NCBI RefSeq assembly: GCF_036365525.1 | Contig: NC_090387.1 | Location: forward strand, 70,953,535-71,017,534 | Reading direction: 5' to 3' | Length of the DNA stretch: 64,000 nucleotides | From: Heterodontus francisci | Lineage: Eukaryota | Shown here: positions 34,254 through 48,955 of the stretch, one piece after another | Layout: the number at the start of each line of letters is the position of its first letter | Numbering within the stretch: position 1 is the stretch's first letter | The notes under the pieces: model-generated | Database searches by the model: none | The model's input: the letters and a program-made list of their open reading frames with translations, nothing else | Told to the model about the DNA's origin: nothing | Translations under genes and position numbers: made by a program

Positions 34254-36064
34254 CTGGTCCTGAATTAACAGTTCAAAATATATACTGACAGCACTTTTTA
34301 AAGGGTTTATTCAAGCCATAATATCTTCAGTATATATTTTCTTACTCAGTCCTCTCATGCATGTTATGAGTATCAGCCTTTGTTTTATAAATATGACAAA
34401 TAATATGATGACAACTGATGTTAATGACAATAGCTTGATTAGTGTTAGGCAGTAATCATCTGATCGCAGCATTCTGTAAACTTCTTAATACTGTAAAGGA
34501 ACTGTGGAGCCTACATAAATGAAAAGTCCTGGAATCTGAAATAGGATTCACATTAAATTGCAAGAAAAATGTTCAACCTCCCCCTTACCCCACCCACCCC
34601 CACCAATGCTAAGATCCTCCCCTTGGAGAGCACACAGTACATCAGAAAACAAAATGTGCTCTGCACACTCACATGATCATTTGACTATTTTGCGCTTCTC
34701 AGTTGTGTGGGCCTGTGTACAGAACTGGTAGCAAATGTTACTGAGGGGTTAAAATCCTCAGGCTGGAAAATAAGTTGGGAGGACACAGTTGTTGTGAGTT
34801 TTCAAACAGTCAAAAGAAACAACTATTATGGGCAGAGAGAGGCATTTTGTGCAGAGCCAGCAGACAAGATTATAAAGTAAATAATGTCATCAGCTAAATT
34901 TAATGAGCAACTTCTTCACACAGAGGGCATGCAATGAGAAAATGCCGTTTGGATCAATCCTTCCCTAAATCATATACAGTTTGCACCACGATGTATTTCA
35001 TCTCCTGGTACAAATGAACAGCTACAGCTGAGCCCAGAATGTAATCTAGCAAAACATCAGATCAACTGAGCACTTTTGTTTATACTATTCCACTCTGGCT
35101 GCATTCCACTGACACCCCTATTCCCATTACCTCAAGACATAGGAATCTGTATTCCATGTAGTGCTTGATATCTGTCTGTAGTTAACCAGATATTTATTTG
35201 GTTCTTCATTGAATCATACAACACTGAAGGAGGACCTTTGAAACAGCTATTGAATGTGTCCCAGTCCTTTAAGTCTTTTTTTAAAATAAAGCAACTAATT
35301 GTCGTGTTAATTGCTTCTGATAGGAATCTGTACCAGAGATCAAGTTCTTTGTGTGCAAAAAATTAGAATATTTTAACCTGTGATTTTATTGTGCAGAACT
35401 CAATTAGTCTCTGCCCCAGAGTATTCTCTATTCGTTACTCTCTCCTGCTTTCTGCTAATAAGCCACTTTCCAATACAGCTGACACAATTGCCATTACTTT
35501 TAAGAGCATTTGTTGTCCTTGAAAGTCTCAAATGGAACTGGGTAAAATTACTAGTTACCAGCTCTTGAATTGATGTACACCTCAAATTGTTAGACAGCTG
35601 CCACTGATATACAGGCTCCATCAGCTAATTGCATGTACTGCAATTGTAGATGATATTCAGTGCTGAGGGGGAGATAGTAGTCTTGCTTGATGCTTCAACC
35701 ACAATCTACATGCATTGATGGGGCACCATGACTGCAAGCAAAAAAGTGGAGCCTGTGATACACGTATGATGACAGTATGGTCATGGCACTGGTTTAGTGT
35801 TTTAATGCTTTAAAAATGAAATTAGTTTATACTACAGCAATCCCCAGCCAGCTGAGGCAGAAATTACAACAGTGCAAATAAATAAAAAAAATGAACCCAA
35901 TATTTTGGTCTTAGCATTGAGATTATGGAAGTTTAACAGATCAAAGCTGATAGATCAAAGTCAGTGGTTTTGCTGATGGTTCAGTATGTCCTGTGCAATT
36001 TGAAAACGCCATTGGTTGATTTTATATGATGTATATCTCTGCTCTGTAAGCTCTTTATCAGTAT

Positions 36065-36070
36065 AATAAA
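36065..36070 (+). terminator. Candidate polyadenylation signal of the receptor gene
   Basis: AATAAA followed by T-rich sequence at the end of a ~1.8-kb AT-rich, repeat-poor stretch after the stop. Alternative AATAAA hexamers lie near 35285 and 35880. Confidence 0.35.
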
Positions 36071-37019
36071 GATTTTTATTTCTGTAGCTGGAGTCACAGG
36101 ACGCAGTATTACTTCAGTTTAAGCCACATGGTAGACTCGATAAGCCCTCATGTATGAGATTCATTCATTTGCTTTTACACCGGTCTTAAAACTGAAACTG
36201 TTCTGGTCTTCAGAAGATGCCTTAAATCAGTCAAGCTCATCAAGTATTCACAGTTAACTCCCGTCTTATATGGTTCTCATTAAAAAATCAGTGGACGAGC
36301 CTCTAACTGCAGACAGAGCTTTACACACTGGGAGCGGTGGTAGGTACACAAAAAGGAGACGGCCCCGCTTGTGACGTGAGCATCTGTACTGTCGCAATTA
36401 TGCGGCGGGCGGCGATTTTACATAATGGCGCCAGTCATCCCCCCCCCCCACCCTTGTAGTGGGGGGGGGCAGCAATGGAGATGCCAGCCGGAATTTTACG
36501 GTAATTGGATGGGAGCCGGACTCTGACGTGAAAGTCGGTGGTGAACCCCCTTCCGCCTAGCCCGGGGATCCGTCCCGTATTTTATAGGTCCCCAGGCTTT
36601 AATTGTCCCGAGGCCGGATTTCCACCCACTTGATTGCCAGCCAATCAGCGGGCCGGCAGCTCTTAGTCCAAGCAGCGCCCCCGAGAGCCGTGGCCACTGT
36701 TGGGACTGCAGACCAGCCAACACCATGGATCGAGGAGGAAAGGTAAGTAGCGGCATGTCTCACCAGTGGGATCGGTCCTTCCCTGGTGAGGATGGAGTGG
36801 TCGTTTGGGGGGTGGTCTTGGGTCCCGGGGGTGGGTTGGGAGGTGGGGGCTGCCCTCAATTGGACACCCTGTGCCCAACTGCCATGCCCCTCCCCGGGGC
36901 GCGGAAAGGCTGGCAGCTATCGCAGGGCAGCCTTTCACGTCCCCAGCACACTACTTACCAGAGGTAAAATACCCGTGGAGGCTGGCGAGAGCCCTTAAGT
37001 GGCCGTTAAGTGGCCAGGT

Positions 37020-37600
37020 CTTTCCTAGGACATGGTGCAGTTTCGTAAAACATGCCATACTCACTGTCATGGATGTAGCTTCTTGGTTCACAGAGGCCAT
37101 TCCCTTGAGAACAAGTTCTGCTAAGATAGTGGGAGCGAAGTTAACCCAGTTCTTCACTCGATATGGATTACCGATTGAGATTTAGGCCGGATCAAGGTTC
37201 CAATTTTATGTGTAAAGTTATGGGTAATTTGGATGTAAAACAGTTAAATTCTTCAGCATACCACCCACAGACACAAAGAACTTTAGAAAGGTACCATTAG
37301 ACCCTCAAAACAATGATCAGGGCAAACTGTCATGAATATCCTCATGATTGGGATAAAGGGCCAGAATGTCTTTTGTTTACCTCAAGGGATTCACCTAATG
37401 AATCTACCAATTTTAGTCCTTTTGAATTAGTTTACGGACATGAGATAAGAGGTCCTCGAAAACAAAAATTAAAGAAAGGTTTTTAGAACAGAAGGATGAA
37501 TCTTCCGTGTTAGATTATGTATCCGTGTTCCGGGAATGGCTCACGAGAGCTTGCAAAGTGGCTCAGCCTTAAAGCTTCCCAAACAACTGAGAAGAAATAG
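37020..37600 (+). mobile_element. Gypsy (Gmr1-like) integrase fragment
   Basis: LTVMDVASWFTEAIPLR..FFTRYGLP, DQGSNF, SAYHPQT..LERYH, SPFELVYG, with stops. Confidence 0.8.
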
Positions 37601-38097
37601 GCAGACAATTTTCAGGAGTGAAATTAGGAAATACTTCTGCACGCAAAGGTTGGTAGAAGTTTGGAACTCTCTTCCAGCAAAGGCAATTTATGCTCAATCA
37701 ATTCTTAATTTTAAATCTGAGATCTATAGATTTTTATTATCTAAAGATATTAAGGGATATGGGGAAACACAGGAATGTGGAGGGAAGCCAGAGAAGCCAC
37801 GATCTCATTGAATGGCAGAACAGGCTCGAGGGGTAAATGGCCTACATCTGTTCCTATGTACCTAAGTTCCTACCCCTATAGAGTTAAAATCAGGATTTTG
37901 GTCTTTTTCTATTGTAACAATGCATATTATGAGGTGATATAATACAATTGTTTAAAATTCTAAAAAAATAGTTCAGGGTACACGGAAGCAGACTGTTGCC
38001 AGTTGTTGAGAGGTTTAGTATGAGGGACTGTAGATGCAAGATTAAATAGTGATAGAGTCAATGAGCTGGATTTACAATCACCTGTGGGGATGAGATT

Positions 38098-38335
38098 GGG
38101 TGCAGGGTGTGGGGGCAGTGGGGGGCGGTAGGGGCGGTGGGGGGTGGTGGGGGCGGTGGATGGGGGTGGTGGGGGCGGTGGGGGGCAGTGGGGGGGGGGT
38201 GGAGGTGGTGGGGGCGGTGGGGGGCGGTGGGGGTGGTGGGGGCGGTGGGTGATGGTGGGGGGCAGTGGGGTCGGTGGGGGTGGTGGGAGCGATGGGGGTG
38301 GTGGATGGGGGTGGTGGGGGCGGTGGGTGGTGGTA
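38098..38335. repeat. (GGGGCGGT/GGT)n G-rich simple repeat
   Basis: Tandem G-rich units; source of the poly-Pro and poly-Gly ORFs. Confidence 0.9.
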
Positions 38336-40151
38336 GCCGGTAACCCGTACACCTCTAATTCACTTGCTGGGATCTCATTGATGAGTTTGTTGTCAGACTG
38401 ATGAGGGACAGAATCAAATTTTCAATGATATTAACAGAAAGAGCGAACTGTCTGAGACACAATAATGCACAGCTGTCTGGAGGACATTGGGGAACCATTA
38501 CTAATTGTGACTGCTGATGAAAAATTTTGTATATAAACAGAATAGTCAAACTGAGATGCTCGTGCAGTGACACAAAGTTACCATCGCTTGAGCAGAGCAG
38601 ATTGAGTACTCGAGGAGTAAGTGCCTGAGCACTTGTGTGGATCATGAGGTTGTTGGCCCTCTGTTCTCCTGCCTGCTCCATTCTTTCAGGCAATAGCAAG
38701 CCCAGTAATAGCTGCCATTTGCCTTTTAAAAGTGCCCTCCAGAACTAGTTCCCGCCTCTTCCCTGCGCCCATCACCCCTAATTGGTCACTGAACTCACCT
38801 ACAGGCCAATTAGGACCTTTCCCTTTAAAGTTGTGTTGCATCGTTGACGCCGTACAGGGTCAGGACCCAGAAATGATCTGGCCTTCGGATTCCCGACCCC
38901 AGAATGAGAGTCCAGAGTCAGAGAGTCATTATGGTACAGAAGGAGGCTATTTGGCCCATCGGGTCCATGCCAGCTCTCCATGGAGCAATCCAGTAAAGTC
39001 CCACTCCCTCACTCTATTCCTGTAGCCCTGCAAATTTATTTCCTTCAAGCGCCCATTCAATTTCCTTTTGAATTCATCATCTCCACTTCCACCATCCTCA
39101 TAGGCAGCGAGTTCCAAAAAGATTCTTCCTCACATCCCTCCTGCATTTCCTGCCCCCTCGTCCTTGTACTATTAGCTAATGGGATCAGCTTTTCTTTGTC
39201 CCCCCCGCCGCACGGCGGCAGCACCCCAATTAGAATATGTTAAACGGTATTTACCTCTGCAGATTACGCAGCCTGCCACCTCTCCAAGGACAATTCCAGA
39301 TCTTACTTTGAATGGGCGGCCGTCACGTGCCGTCCCGCTCACAATTAGAAAAACTGGCAGGTCATCGGAGGCAGAAGGTTTCGCGACAGAAGGTAAGTTC
39401 CTTTTTCAGGGGTCCCACTCTGCATATAGGAAGGGAGGAGGAAAGGGAAGATACTCAGGAGTCCCACTCTGCATACTGGAAGGGAGATACTGTGTACCCT
39501 CCATCCGTAAACAGTGTACCCTCTGCATTTGTTTGTGTTTGTGCAGGAGAAACGGCACTTTAGTCACCTAGTGCTTGGGGAGGGTGCCAGAAAGGGTCAG
39601 AGCATTAAGGTTATAAGGATGGTGGAGGTAATCGATGCAGCTGGTAGGATCTTGATGTGGTCATGCTCTCTCAGTGTTGGCCAAGATGGGCAATGCTATG
39701 CTATGCCACATAGTTAGTTGATCCATGTTAGCACCTGATGTACCCATCAACACCAATCCCTGCCCTGTTAGGAACCTTTGCATTAATGAAGGATACAACT
39801 TCATTTATCACATGGAAATGAGTCTGGCTCATCCTACATTGTGTGATCCACTTCCCCTGAGAATCCGTATGCACCAGAGGCAAGATCAACAGGCAGGTGC
39901 AGTCCACGTACAGGCCCCCGGTCATGAGCAGCAGCCCCCAAGATCCCAATATTGCAAAACTGCTGTTTGGAGGGCTACAGACAACTTTGACCTTCATACC
40001 CTTGGAGCTGAATTTGTGCTTCGAATTCACATGGTTTATTCCTTATGTGCATTAGTGTTGAGATCTCTAATTGGGTTAACAGTCGCCACTCTTCCAGTGA
40101 GGGTTAATAGGGGTTTTTCAGTTTTTAATAAATCACATTATTCTCATACTT

Positions 40152-41038
40152 TGTCAGGCAAGGCCCCCCCACCCCGCCCCATTGTTTTGCCACATGAACA
40201 TTAAACTTAAAATTGTAAGCCCCTGACTGGAAAGACATTTGCAAAGTAACAGACAGTGTTGGAACAAGGGACAAAGAACCATGCCTTGACACATTCAACC
40301 AACAATGGACTTTTGAAAGTGAGGGAACTAACATTCCAAGTTGACTGCTAAGATAGCAGAATCCACAAACACAGAAGAAGTGGTCAGACCAGAGTTTAGT
40401 CACATGATTGACTGGCTGTTGCAGAGTTTTGAACTGGGAGTTTTAAATTGGAGAAAACAGTGTTTGAACTCAGAAGGCTGTTAGCTCCTGGACAGAAAGC
40501 ACTTTTCTCCTGGACTGAGAACACCTCTCTCCTGTCTGCTCTCGTCTCACTCTCACCAGCTACGGAAACCATTGAAGACACATGAAACCCAAGAGAGAAA
40601 AAACTCCGACAGTGAACAAGGTTTAAGAAGAATACTGGGCGCCAATGAAAAGTAAAAGCTGTCTACAATCAAGGACTCTGCAGCGAGCTGGAACCACAGA
40701 AACAGTAACAAGAAACCGCCTTTTAGAGACTGCCGCAAACCTCTCCATGTTTATTTTTTCTTCTGCTCTTTTCTGTCCCAATTTGTATGCGTGTATCGCG
40801 TGCACATGCTAGCGTGGGCATGTCATATATCTGTAGGTGTTAACCATATTCGAGTTTAGATTTAAGGTTTAATAAGTTTCACTTTCCTTCTTTAAACCTG
40901 AGAAAGCCTGTTTATGCTCATTTCTTTGTCTTATAATTGGAAAGCTGTGAACACAGACTTAAAAATAAAGCCTGTACCAATAAGACCAGGTAAAGGCTGA
41001 AAAGACCCCCTAGACACCTTTCTCTCCTGGCCGTAACA
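40152..41038 (+). mobile_element. Solo LTR
   Basis: TGTCAGG...GTAACA ends, 4-bp target duplication ACTT, and AATAAA near 40964. Confidence 0.85.
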
Positions 41039-41119
41039 ACTTCAACATTCCTTTTCTATTCATATCAGTTATGTTAATCATTCCTGTATGATTATCTGAA
41101 CTTGGATTATTTATAATAA

Positions 41120-41315
41120 TGTTGGAAATACTCAGCAGGTCTGGCAGCATCTGTGGAGAGAGAAGCAGAGTTAACGTTTCAGATCAGTGACCCTTCTTCA
41201 GAACTTTCAGTTAAGTCCTCTTCTCTCTCCACAGATGCTGTCAGACCTGCTGAGTATTTCCAGCATTTCGTTTTTATTTCAGATTTCCAGCATCCACAGT
41301 ATTTTGCTTTTATTA
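41120..41315. mobile_element. Inverted pair of Penelope termini
   Basis: Same terminal sequence as 20540-20745, present in both orientations. Confidence 0.8.
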
Positions 41316-41949
41316 TATCGGATTAATAATATCTCTTTTTGCACTCAGTATTTGTTTTCATCCTTTCTTTTTCTCATCTTTAAGTTGTTATCAATTTTAG
41401 TGTCATTTCTAGGCGAATGCCCCCACCCCACTCCCCATTCTTGGTTTAAAGTTCATTCTATGGCCCTATTTATACTTTCAGCCTGGACCTTGCTTTCAGC
41501 CTAGTTCAGGTGATTAATACTGTCTTAATACTGATGCTGGTGTTTCATGAAATGGAACCTCTCTTTCCAACAACAGTCTTTCAGCCACACATTCACTTCT
41601 CCTGATCTGCTGTCCTTATGCTAATAAGCATGTGGCTCGGGTAATAATCCTGAGATTACTCCTAAGGTCCTGCTTTTTAGCTTAGTTCCAAGTTCCTGAT
41701 ACTCTCTCAGCAGGACCACCTCCCTGTTTTTTCCCTGTACTGTTAATCCTGACATCAATCACAGCAACTAGTTCTTCATCCTCCCTTTCCAGATTCCTTT
41801 CCAGCTGCTTTAGCCTGGCACCAGGCAGGCAACACACTCTTTGTAACTCTTGATTGGGGATGCTGTATATCCCTCTAATTATTGAATACCTAATAACTGC
41901 AACCTTTTTGTTCGATCCCTCCCCTCTACCACCACAACCAGTGGTGTGC

Positions 41950-44900
41950 AGCTCAGCACTGAAAATGGTGTTGAATGGCTGCATGCCTCAGCAGAGGGGC
42001 CGAGGGGGCCCAAACCTCTCCAATGCCATGCTGGAGGGCTTGGTGCAGGAGGTGCACAGGAGGAGAAAGATCCTCTTCCCTCAGGAGGCCAAGAGGCCCT
42101 TCAGGCAGATAATGAAAAGGCAGTGGGAGCAGGTAGCTGTTGCGATCAATGCCAGCATTCTAGCCATGTGTGCAGTGCTGATAGAAGTTGAATGACCTGA
42201 CACGAATGGCCAAGGTCAGTGAATGCATCTTCAAATGCCATATCCTACCAATTGCACCATTAGCCTTGCACACAGCTCCATTCAGCACCACCCCCTTCAC
42301 TCACCTACCAACAATCTCCATCAATTACTACTCATACCTAACATACATAGCTTCACCTCACCCTCATGTACCTAGCACTGCTGAAAGCTTCACACCCACA
42401 TCTCACAGCTTGTACACAATGTCAGCTATTTAACAGTAGTAAGCACATCACCCAAACACATTGCACACTCACTAATGCAGTTCCTTTTCTCCTGCAGGAC
42501 AAGGTGGCCCATAATCGGAGGCAGCAACACCTACACGCTGAGGGACAGGTACAGCTACATGTCCTCACCCTGGTGGAAGAGATGGTGGTGGAAATCATTG
42601 GTGCAGCTGTGACTGAGACTGTGGCCAGTGCTGAAGGCATTGAAGATGATGGTATGTTCCTACCTAATCCACCTCCCCCTCATCCTGCAATCTCTTTTGA
42701 TTTATAAGCTGCAGATGGTGTAAGCGTGCACCTCTTCCTTTCTGCCCCCTCCCTCACTCCAACCTTACCCTTGGGCCACCCAACATCTGAATGCTGCATT
42801 TGAAGTTCAGATTGAGGTCATGAAATCTCTGCATGTTGCCTTGCAGGCTCAGACTGCTGCCATCGCGGATGCCAGTGCTCAAAGGGGCTTTCAGGGTTTC
42901 ACAACAGCCCAGCAACCTGTCCTTCAACAGATTACTCGGAATGCTGAAACACCGCCCTGGGGGAGTGACAGTGACTCTATGCAACATGAATCTGCTATCC
43001 TCTATCAGGATGACAACATTCGTTCTCGCATCACTGCCACTCTGACAGTGCCCTTGCTGTTGCCTGTTAGCCAATCCAAACTACTGCTGCCCATGCTGAG
43101 ACAATGCAGAGAAAAGCCGGGCCTTCTAGGCTCAGAGGTGCTGGAAGTTGTCCTCCAGGGCCATCTGCAACACCACACCCCCCGCCCCCCGACTCAATGT
43201 TATCAGTCTTCCACCAGCCATGCTGCAGCCACTGGGGCAGCACTGCAAAGGAGCACTGGGACAGGCAAAGGCACCCACATGTCAGAATCACAGAATTGTT
43301 ACAGTGTAAAAGGAGGCCATTTGGCCCATCATGTCCACACTGGCTCTCTGAAAGAGCAACTCCCTCAGTTCCATTCCCCTGCCTTCTCTCATAACCAGCA
43401 CATTCTTCCTTTTCATATCACTGTCTAATTCCTTTTTGAATACTTCAATTGAACCTGCCTCCACCACATTCTCAGGCAGTGCATTCCAGACCTTAACCAC
43501 TTGCTGCGTGTAAAAGTTTCTCCACATGTCACATTTGCTTCTCTTACCAAATACTTGAAATCTGTGCCCTCTTGTTCTCGATCCTTTCACAAGTGGAAAG
43601 AGTTTCTCTCTATCTACTCTGTCCAGATCCCTCATGACTTTGAATGCTTCTATTAAATCACCGCTCAGCCTTCTCTTCTCCAAGGAAAACAGTCCTAGCT
43701 TCTCCAATCTATCTTCATTCCTGAAATTCCTCATCCCTGGAACCATTTTTGTGAATCTTTTCTGTACTCTCTCCAATGCCCTCATGACTTTCCTCAAGTG
43801 CAGTCTCCAGAATTGGACACAATACTCTGGCACTAAAAGAATGCACAAGGGTGAACAATTACGTTTTGTATGAAATATTGGATGTTTTGTTAGATAAAGT
43901 TGGTATAACTGAGGGATGGTAAGGTGTGGGACCCAGGATTGAATGATGTGCTCACAGAAAGCCCGTCTGGAACATGGATGTGTCGGCTGCTTCCTCACTT
44001 GTTCCTCCTCCTTCTCCTCCTCTGCTGCTCCTGTGGTGTTTGCCGAATCTCTGGTCAAATGGGCTGTGCCCTCAGGATGTCCAGGTTATGGAAAATACAT
44101 CAGACCACCACAGATCAGAAGACCCGCTCTGGCGAGTACTGGTGGGCTCTTCCACAGCCATCGAGGCAGCAGAACCATTGCTTCAACACCACCATCATCT
44201 ACTGGACGATGTTTCTCTTGGCAGCATAGCTGTCATTATATAAATGCTGGCCACGTGTGGTTGCCTTACAAAGGGGAGTCATCAGCCCGGTGTAATGTGG
44301 ATAGCCCTCGTCACTCAACAGCCACCTTCTGGTTTGATGTGGTGGTTGAAAGATTGATGGAGTTGCAGACTGGTGTAGATTGAATGCATTATCACTGCTG
44401 CCATGTTAGTGGGTATTCACCAGCATGATGTGCTGAACATGGTTGCACACCAACTGTATATTCAGGAAAGGGAACACTTCTCTGCGTTTGGTACATCTCT
44501 GCACTGAGATAATTCACCCACAAAGTCTCATGTGTGCAGTCAATGGCATCCTACACCATGGGCAAACCCGCTATCCTGGCAAAGCCATGTGTGCACTCCA
44601 TCATCTTCTCTGCTCAGAGAGAACACAATGAAGTCCCCTCTTCTGGCACACAGAGCCTCTGTCATCTGTCTGATACAGCAATGGTCAGTGAACAGGGAAA
44701 CGTTATCTATGTCATCTGTTCCAGCCTGGAAGGTTCCAGCCACAAAGAAATTCAGGGCCCCTGCTCTTAGGCTGCAGGTCAGGTTCATGTGATGGGAGAG
44801 TTCTGTGAGCACCTCCTTTGTGAATCATAAAAGCTGAACACACTGCCCCTGGCTTTGGTGAAGGGGAGGAAAAGTGCTTCCTGAAAGTCCGAGGTGGATA

Positions 44901-45490
44901 AGGCCTCTTGTTAAGAGCCTTGCTCCGTCTCCTCCTCCTCCATCTAGGAGCAGCTTGTCCTCTTATTTGCTGCCTCTGCACCATCTCCCCCTCATGCTGC
45001 AGCCCAGGGGGGTCTGTTACTATAGTCCCCATGACTGGGAGCAGGTGGTGTGCTCAGAACCCTTGCAGTAACGCCCTCCCCACATGCAGTGCCACTCCCT
45101 GCAGACTTCACCAACTGTAAGCAACTCCTCAAAACACCCAACACTCCCACAAGGTCAAACAGAGCCACTAGAAAGTAAGCAGCAACTAACCTGCAAGCTG
45201 TTGACAATCACTTTAAATAGCACTGGTGGAGCATCCTTCCTGCTGCTGAATGCATGGGTGTGTTTAAGACAGGGCATTAACTAGAGCATGAGGGTTAAAA
45301 TGGCAGCACTGATGTCACATCATCAGATTCTGACTGACGTCATGCTCTGTTTACTCTGCATACTTGTGATGCCCTCATCAAGATGGCATTCGGCAAAGGT
45401 GACACCGGAAGTGAGTGGAAGTGACCAGGTCACCATTTTGATACGAAAATGGCATCCGTAGTATTGAAATTGCGGGTGTTATGGAGCCAA
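41950..45490. mobile_element. Second, distinct Harbinger remnant: Myb/SANT-like gene (+, from ~41984) and transposase (-, ~43900-45030), interrupted by a CR1 fragment
   Basis: PNLSNAMLEGLVQEVHRRRKILFP..WEQVAVAINA on +. RPYPPRTFRKHF and ALNFFVAGTFQ on -. Confidence 0.8.
43285..43830 (-). mobile_element. CR1 LINE 3' fragment
   Basis: EYCVQFW..LERVQKRFTKMVPG..LGLFSLEKRRLSGDLIE. Confidence 0.9.
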
Positions 45491-45634
45491 ATTTTGTGGC
45501 GATTGTGTCTTCTGCACAAGCACTGCCATTGGTTAGCTGATCAGTTGTTGATGTGGCTTTCAGCTGTTTGATCACACTATGTCTGTTACTGAAAGCATTG
45601 TGTGAAAAATTCAATGGCATAGTACAGACAAGCA

Positions 45635-46392
45635 TACATAAAAACATACGAATTAGGAGCAGGAGTAGGCCACTCGACCCCTCGAGCCTGCTCCACCATT
45701 TAATAAGATCACAGCTGGTCTGATTCTAACTTCAACTCCACATTCCCGCCTACCCCTGATAACCTTTCACCCCCTTGCTTATTAAGAATCTATCTACCTC
45801 TGCTTAAAAATATTTAAAGACTCTGCTTCCACCGCCTTGTAAGGAACAGAATTCCAAAGACTCACGACTCTCTGAGAGAAAAAATGTTTCCTCATCTCTG
45901 TCTTAAATGGGTGACCCCTTATTTTTCAACAGTGACCCCTAGTTCTAGCTTCTCCCACAAGGGGAAACATCCTTTCCACATCCACCCTGTCAAAACCCCT
46001 CAGGATCTTCTATGTTTCATTTAAGTCACCTCTTACTCTTCTAAACTCCAGCAGATACAAGCCTAGCCTGTCCAACCTTTCCACATAAGACAACATGCCC
46101 ATTCCTGGTCTGAGTCTAGTAAACCTTCTCTCAACTGCTTCAAATGCATTTACTTTCTTCCTTAAATAAGGAGACCAATGCCCTGTATAACTGAAGCATA
46201 ACCTCCCTACTTTTGTGTTCAATTCCCCTCGCAATAAACAATAACATTCTATTAGGTTTCCTAATTACTTGCTGAATCTGCATACTAACCAATTGTGATT
46301 CATACACTAGGACACCCAGATCCCTCTGCATCTCAGAGCTCTGTAATCTCTCAGCATTTAGATGATAATATGCTTCTTTTTTATTCTTCCTG
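45635..46392 (-). mobile_element. CR1 LINE 3' fragment
   Basis: QRDLGVLV, RRFTRLRPGM..RRVRGDL and a CR1-type tail. Confidence 0.85.
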
Positions 46393-47464
46393 CTTCTAGT
46401 GGCACTACGCAGGCTTGCCTCCATTCTTCGGGGCTAGGCAGCACTGTGAGCTGCTGCCTGCATGGCCTGTGTGGCATACATCATTGATATGGGTGCATGC
46501 ATGTGAAAACAGCACTATCCTGATGCCACACAACCCAGTCAGTTGATTTAATGCCATGATTCCAAATGCTCCTGGGAGCAGGAGCAGCCGGAGAGTTTCT
46601 GCACCCAGGACTCATTTCAATGACAGCAACCTTTCGGTGGGAAGCGGCAACCAATTATGTGACCTGGAGTCAATCTGCCGATAGCAGGTAAATGGACTGA
46701 CTGACTGACTGCAGGGCCATTCTGCAGGGATCCTGTGGTCAGGGAACTCCTGTTCCTTCTGGCCCCAAAAGCAAAGTTTATCTTTTAAATCAAAATTGTT
46801 ATGTTTGGATCTTTTTTCTTACCTGATCTTCTTTGGCATTGAATTAACCTTGCTGGAAACTCACTCACCCTGCGCAAACAGCTGATTTAAAATTGCAGTC
46901 GGATGTCAATGATGTTGCCAGGACTCAACATGCAGATGTGATAAAGGACCACATTGATTTTGGGTGGGTGTCTTTGCTGCCTATTCAGGAGATCAGGTGA
47001 AAATGCAAACCGGCAGCTCTTGACATCTCAGAATGAACAGTTGATTGGATGGAAACAATGACAAATTAATAATTGTAAATTAGGTAGTATTTTATTTGCA
47101 TCCAAACAACTGTTAGTCTGCTGATCCCACATAATTTTGTGGCATGAGCTTCATTTACCTAATGTGGGAAAATTTCCAGCCCATATTAGGCCTGGCATTG
47201 GGAGCTTGCCAGAGGGGGATGGGAAGCCTTAGATGGCTACTTAAAATTGGTGATGGGTAAAGTTCAAGGAATGTAGCCGCACAGACTTAAGTGACCAAAT
47301 GTGGTGATCTAAATGTTTCAACAATTAAAAGTTACTGTTTTTAATATAAATTTCAGCCTTTGCACAGTTTCTTTGGCCAAAAACCCAGTGGCTAGTATGG
47401 GAAGATGGGTTCACAGAACTCGTGTAACTTATTGTTTGTGACACCAGTGCATGATGAATTGAAG

Positions 47465-48955
47465 CTTTTTGCTGAACATTTCACATTTCTCCTTTAGCTC
47501 CAATCACTTCCTTCAAATAAAAGGTGTTACTAAGGGTACACGCATGGTCTTAGCTATGCTTGCATTGTTGGGGGATGTATGGAATATTCCTCATTCCAGC
47601 CCTACTTGGGCCCCCTTCCTTACCTCTTTTTCCATTGATTACATTGATTGCTGTATGTCATTTCCCGGGCTCTTGCTCTGAAGTGGGAAATTTCATCAAC
47701 TGTGCTTTCAATTTCCACCCTTCTCTCACTTTTAAATGGTCCATCCCCAACTCTTTCCCTCCTTTTCTTCACTTCTCTGTCTCCATTTCTAGGGGTAGAC
47801 TATCAATGAATATTCATTATAAGCCCACCGACTCCCACAGCTACCTCGACTACACTTCCTCACACCCTGCTTCCTGTATGGAGACTTAATTCCATTCTCC
47901 CAGATTCTCCACCTCAGTCGCATCTGTTCCAATGATGTAACCTTCGCTTCTGATATGTCTCCCTTTTTCCTCAACCGAAGACTCCCTGCCCAGCCCACAG
48001 TGGTTGACAGGGCCCTCGACCATGTCCCCCCCCATTTCCCGCACTTCTCCATCCCAGAACAAACATAGCATTCCCCTTGATTTCACCTTCCAGCCCACCA
48101 GCCTCAGGATTCAATAGATCATTGTTACGAACAGATGGGTAAGGTATCTAGGGGTCTGTTACTATCTTCACCTGGTCTTATTGTAACAGGGTTTAATTTT
48201 AAACACACTGTGTTCTGAGCTCCCCCCTTTGTGAATCCTTGTTCACAACTTTCCAATTATAAGGCAATGAGCACAAACAGGCTTTCTTTGGTTTAAAGAA
48301 GAAAGATGAAATTTATTAAACCTTAAACACGATACACACATGCAAATAGGGACAGAAAAGAGCAGAAGAAACGATAAGCAGAACAGTTTCAGGCAATATC
48401 TTGTTCCTGTTTCTCGACCTCGCTGTAGTCCTTGATTGAAGATATTAGGGCCCAGTATTCTTCATAAACCTTGTTCACGTAGGAGATTTTTCTCCCTCTG
48501 AGTTTACGTGACTTCACAAGATTCAGTTCTGTGGGGAAGAGGTGGAAGCAGGCAAACAGCAGAGGAGGTACTTCTTGCTTCAGTTCCAGGATAGATTGTC
48601 ACTCCATGATCACACGGCTTTGTCTGAGTTCAAATCCTTTGTTGGAAGTTCAAATTCTCTGCAACAACCAGTTAGTCATGTGACACTGGTCGGGCCACTT
48701 TTTCTGTGTATTGGGGAAGCAACAACTGGGTCCCCATTGTTCCAACACTGCTAGTGCTATACAAATATCCTTCCAGTCAGGGGCTTGCAATTTTAAGTTT
48801 TAATGTTCATGAGCGAAATAATGAGTGCCTCAGTTTTGGCAGGTGGGGGGAGGGGTGGCGGGGGGGTTCTGCCTGACATCATCCTCTGCCATTTCTACCA
48901 CCTCCAACAAGATGCCACCACAAAACACACCTTCTCCCCCCCTCTTTCAGCATTC
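47465..48955 (+). mobile_element. Penelope-like RT remnant split by a solo LTR and truncated at the duplication junction
   Basis: HFLQIKGVTKGTRM, NFHPSLTF, YKPTDSHSYLDYTSSHP. It resumes after the LTR at 48879-48955. Confidence 0.8.
48123..48878 (-). mobile_element. Solo LTR
   Basis: TG...CA ends with a 4-bp target duplication TCAT on both sides. Reverse-complement homolog of 40152-41038. Confidence 0.85.
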
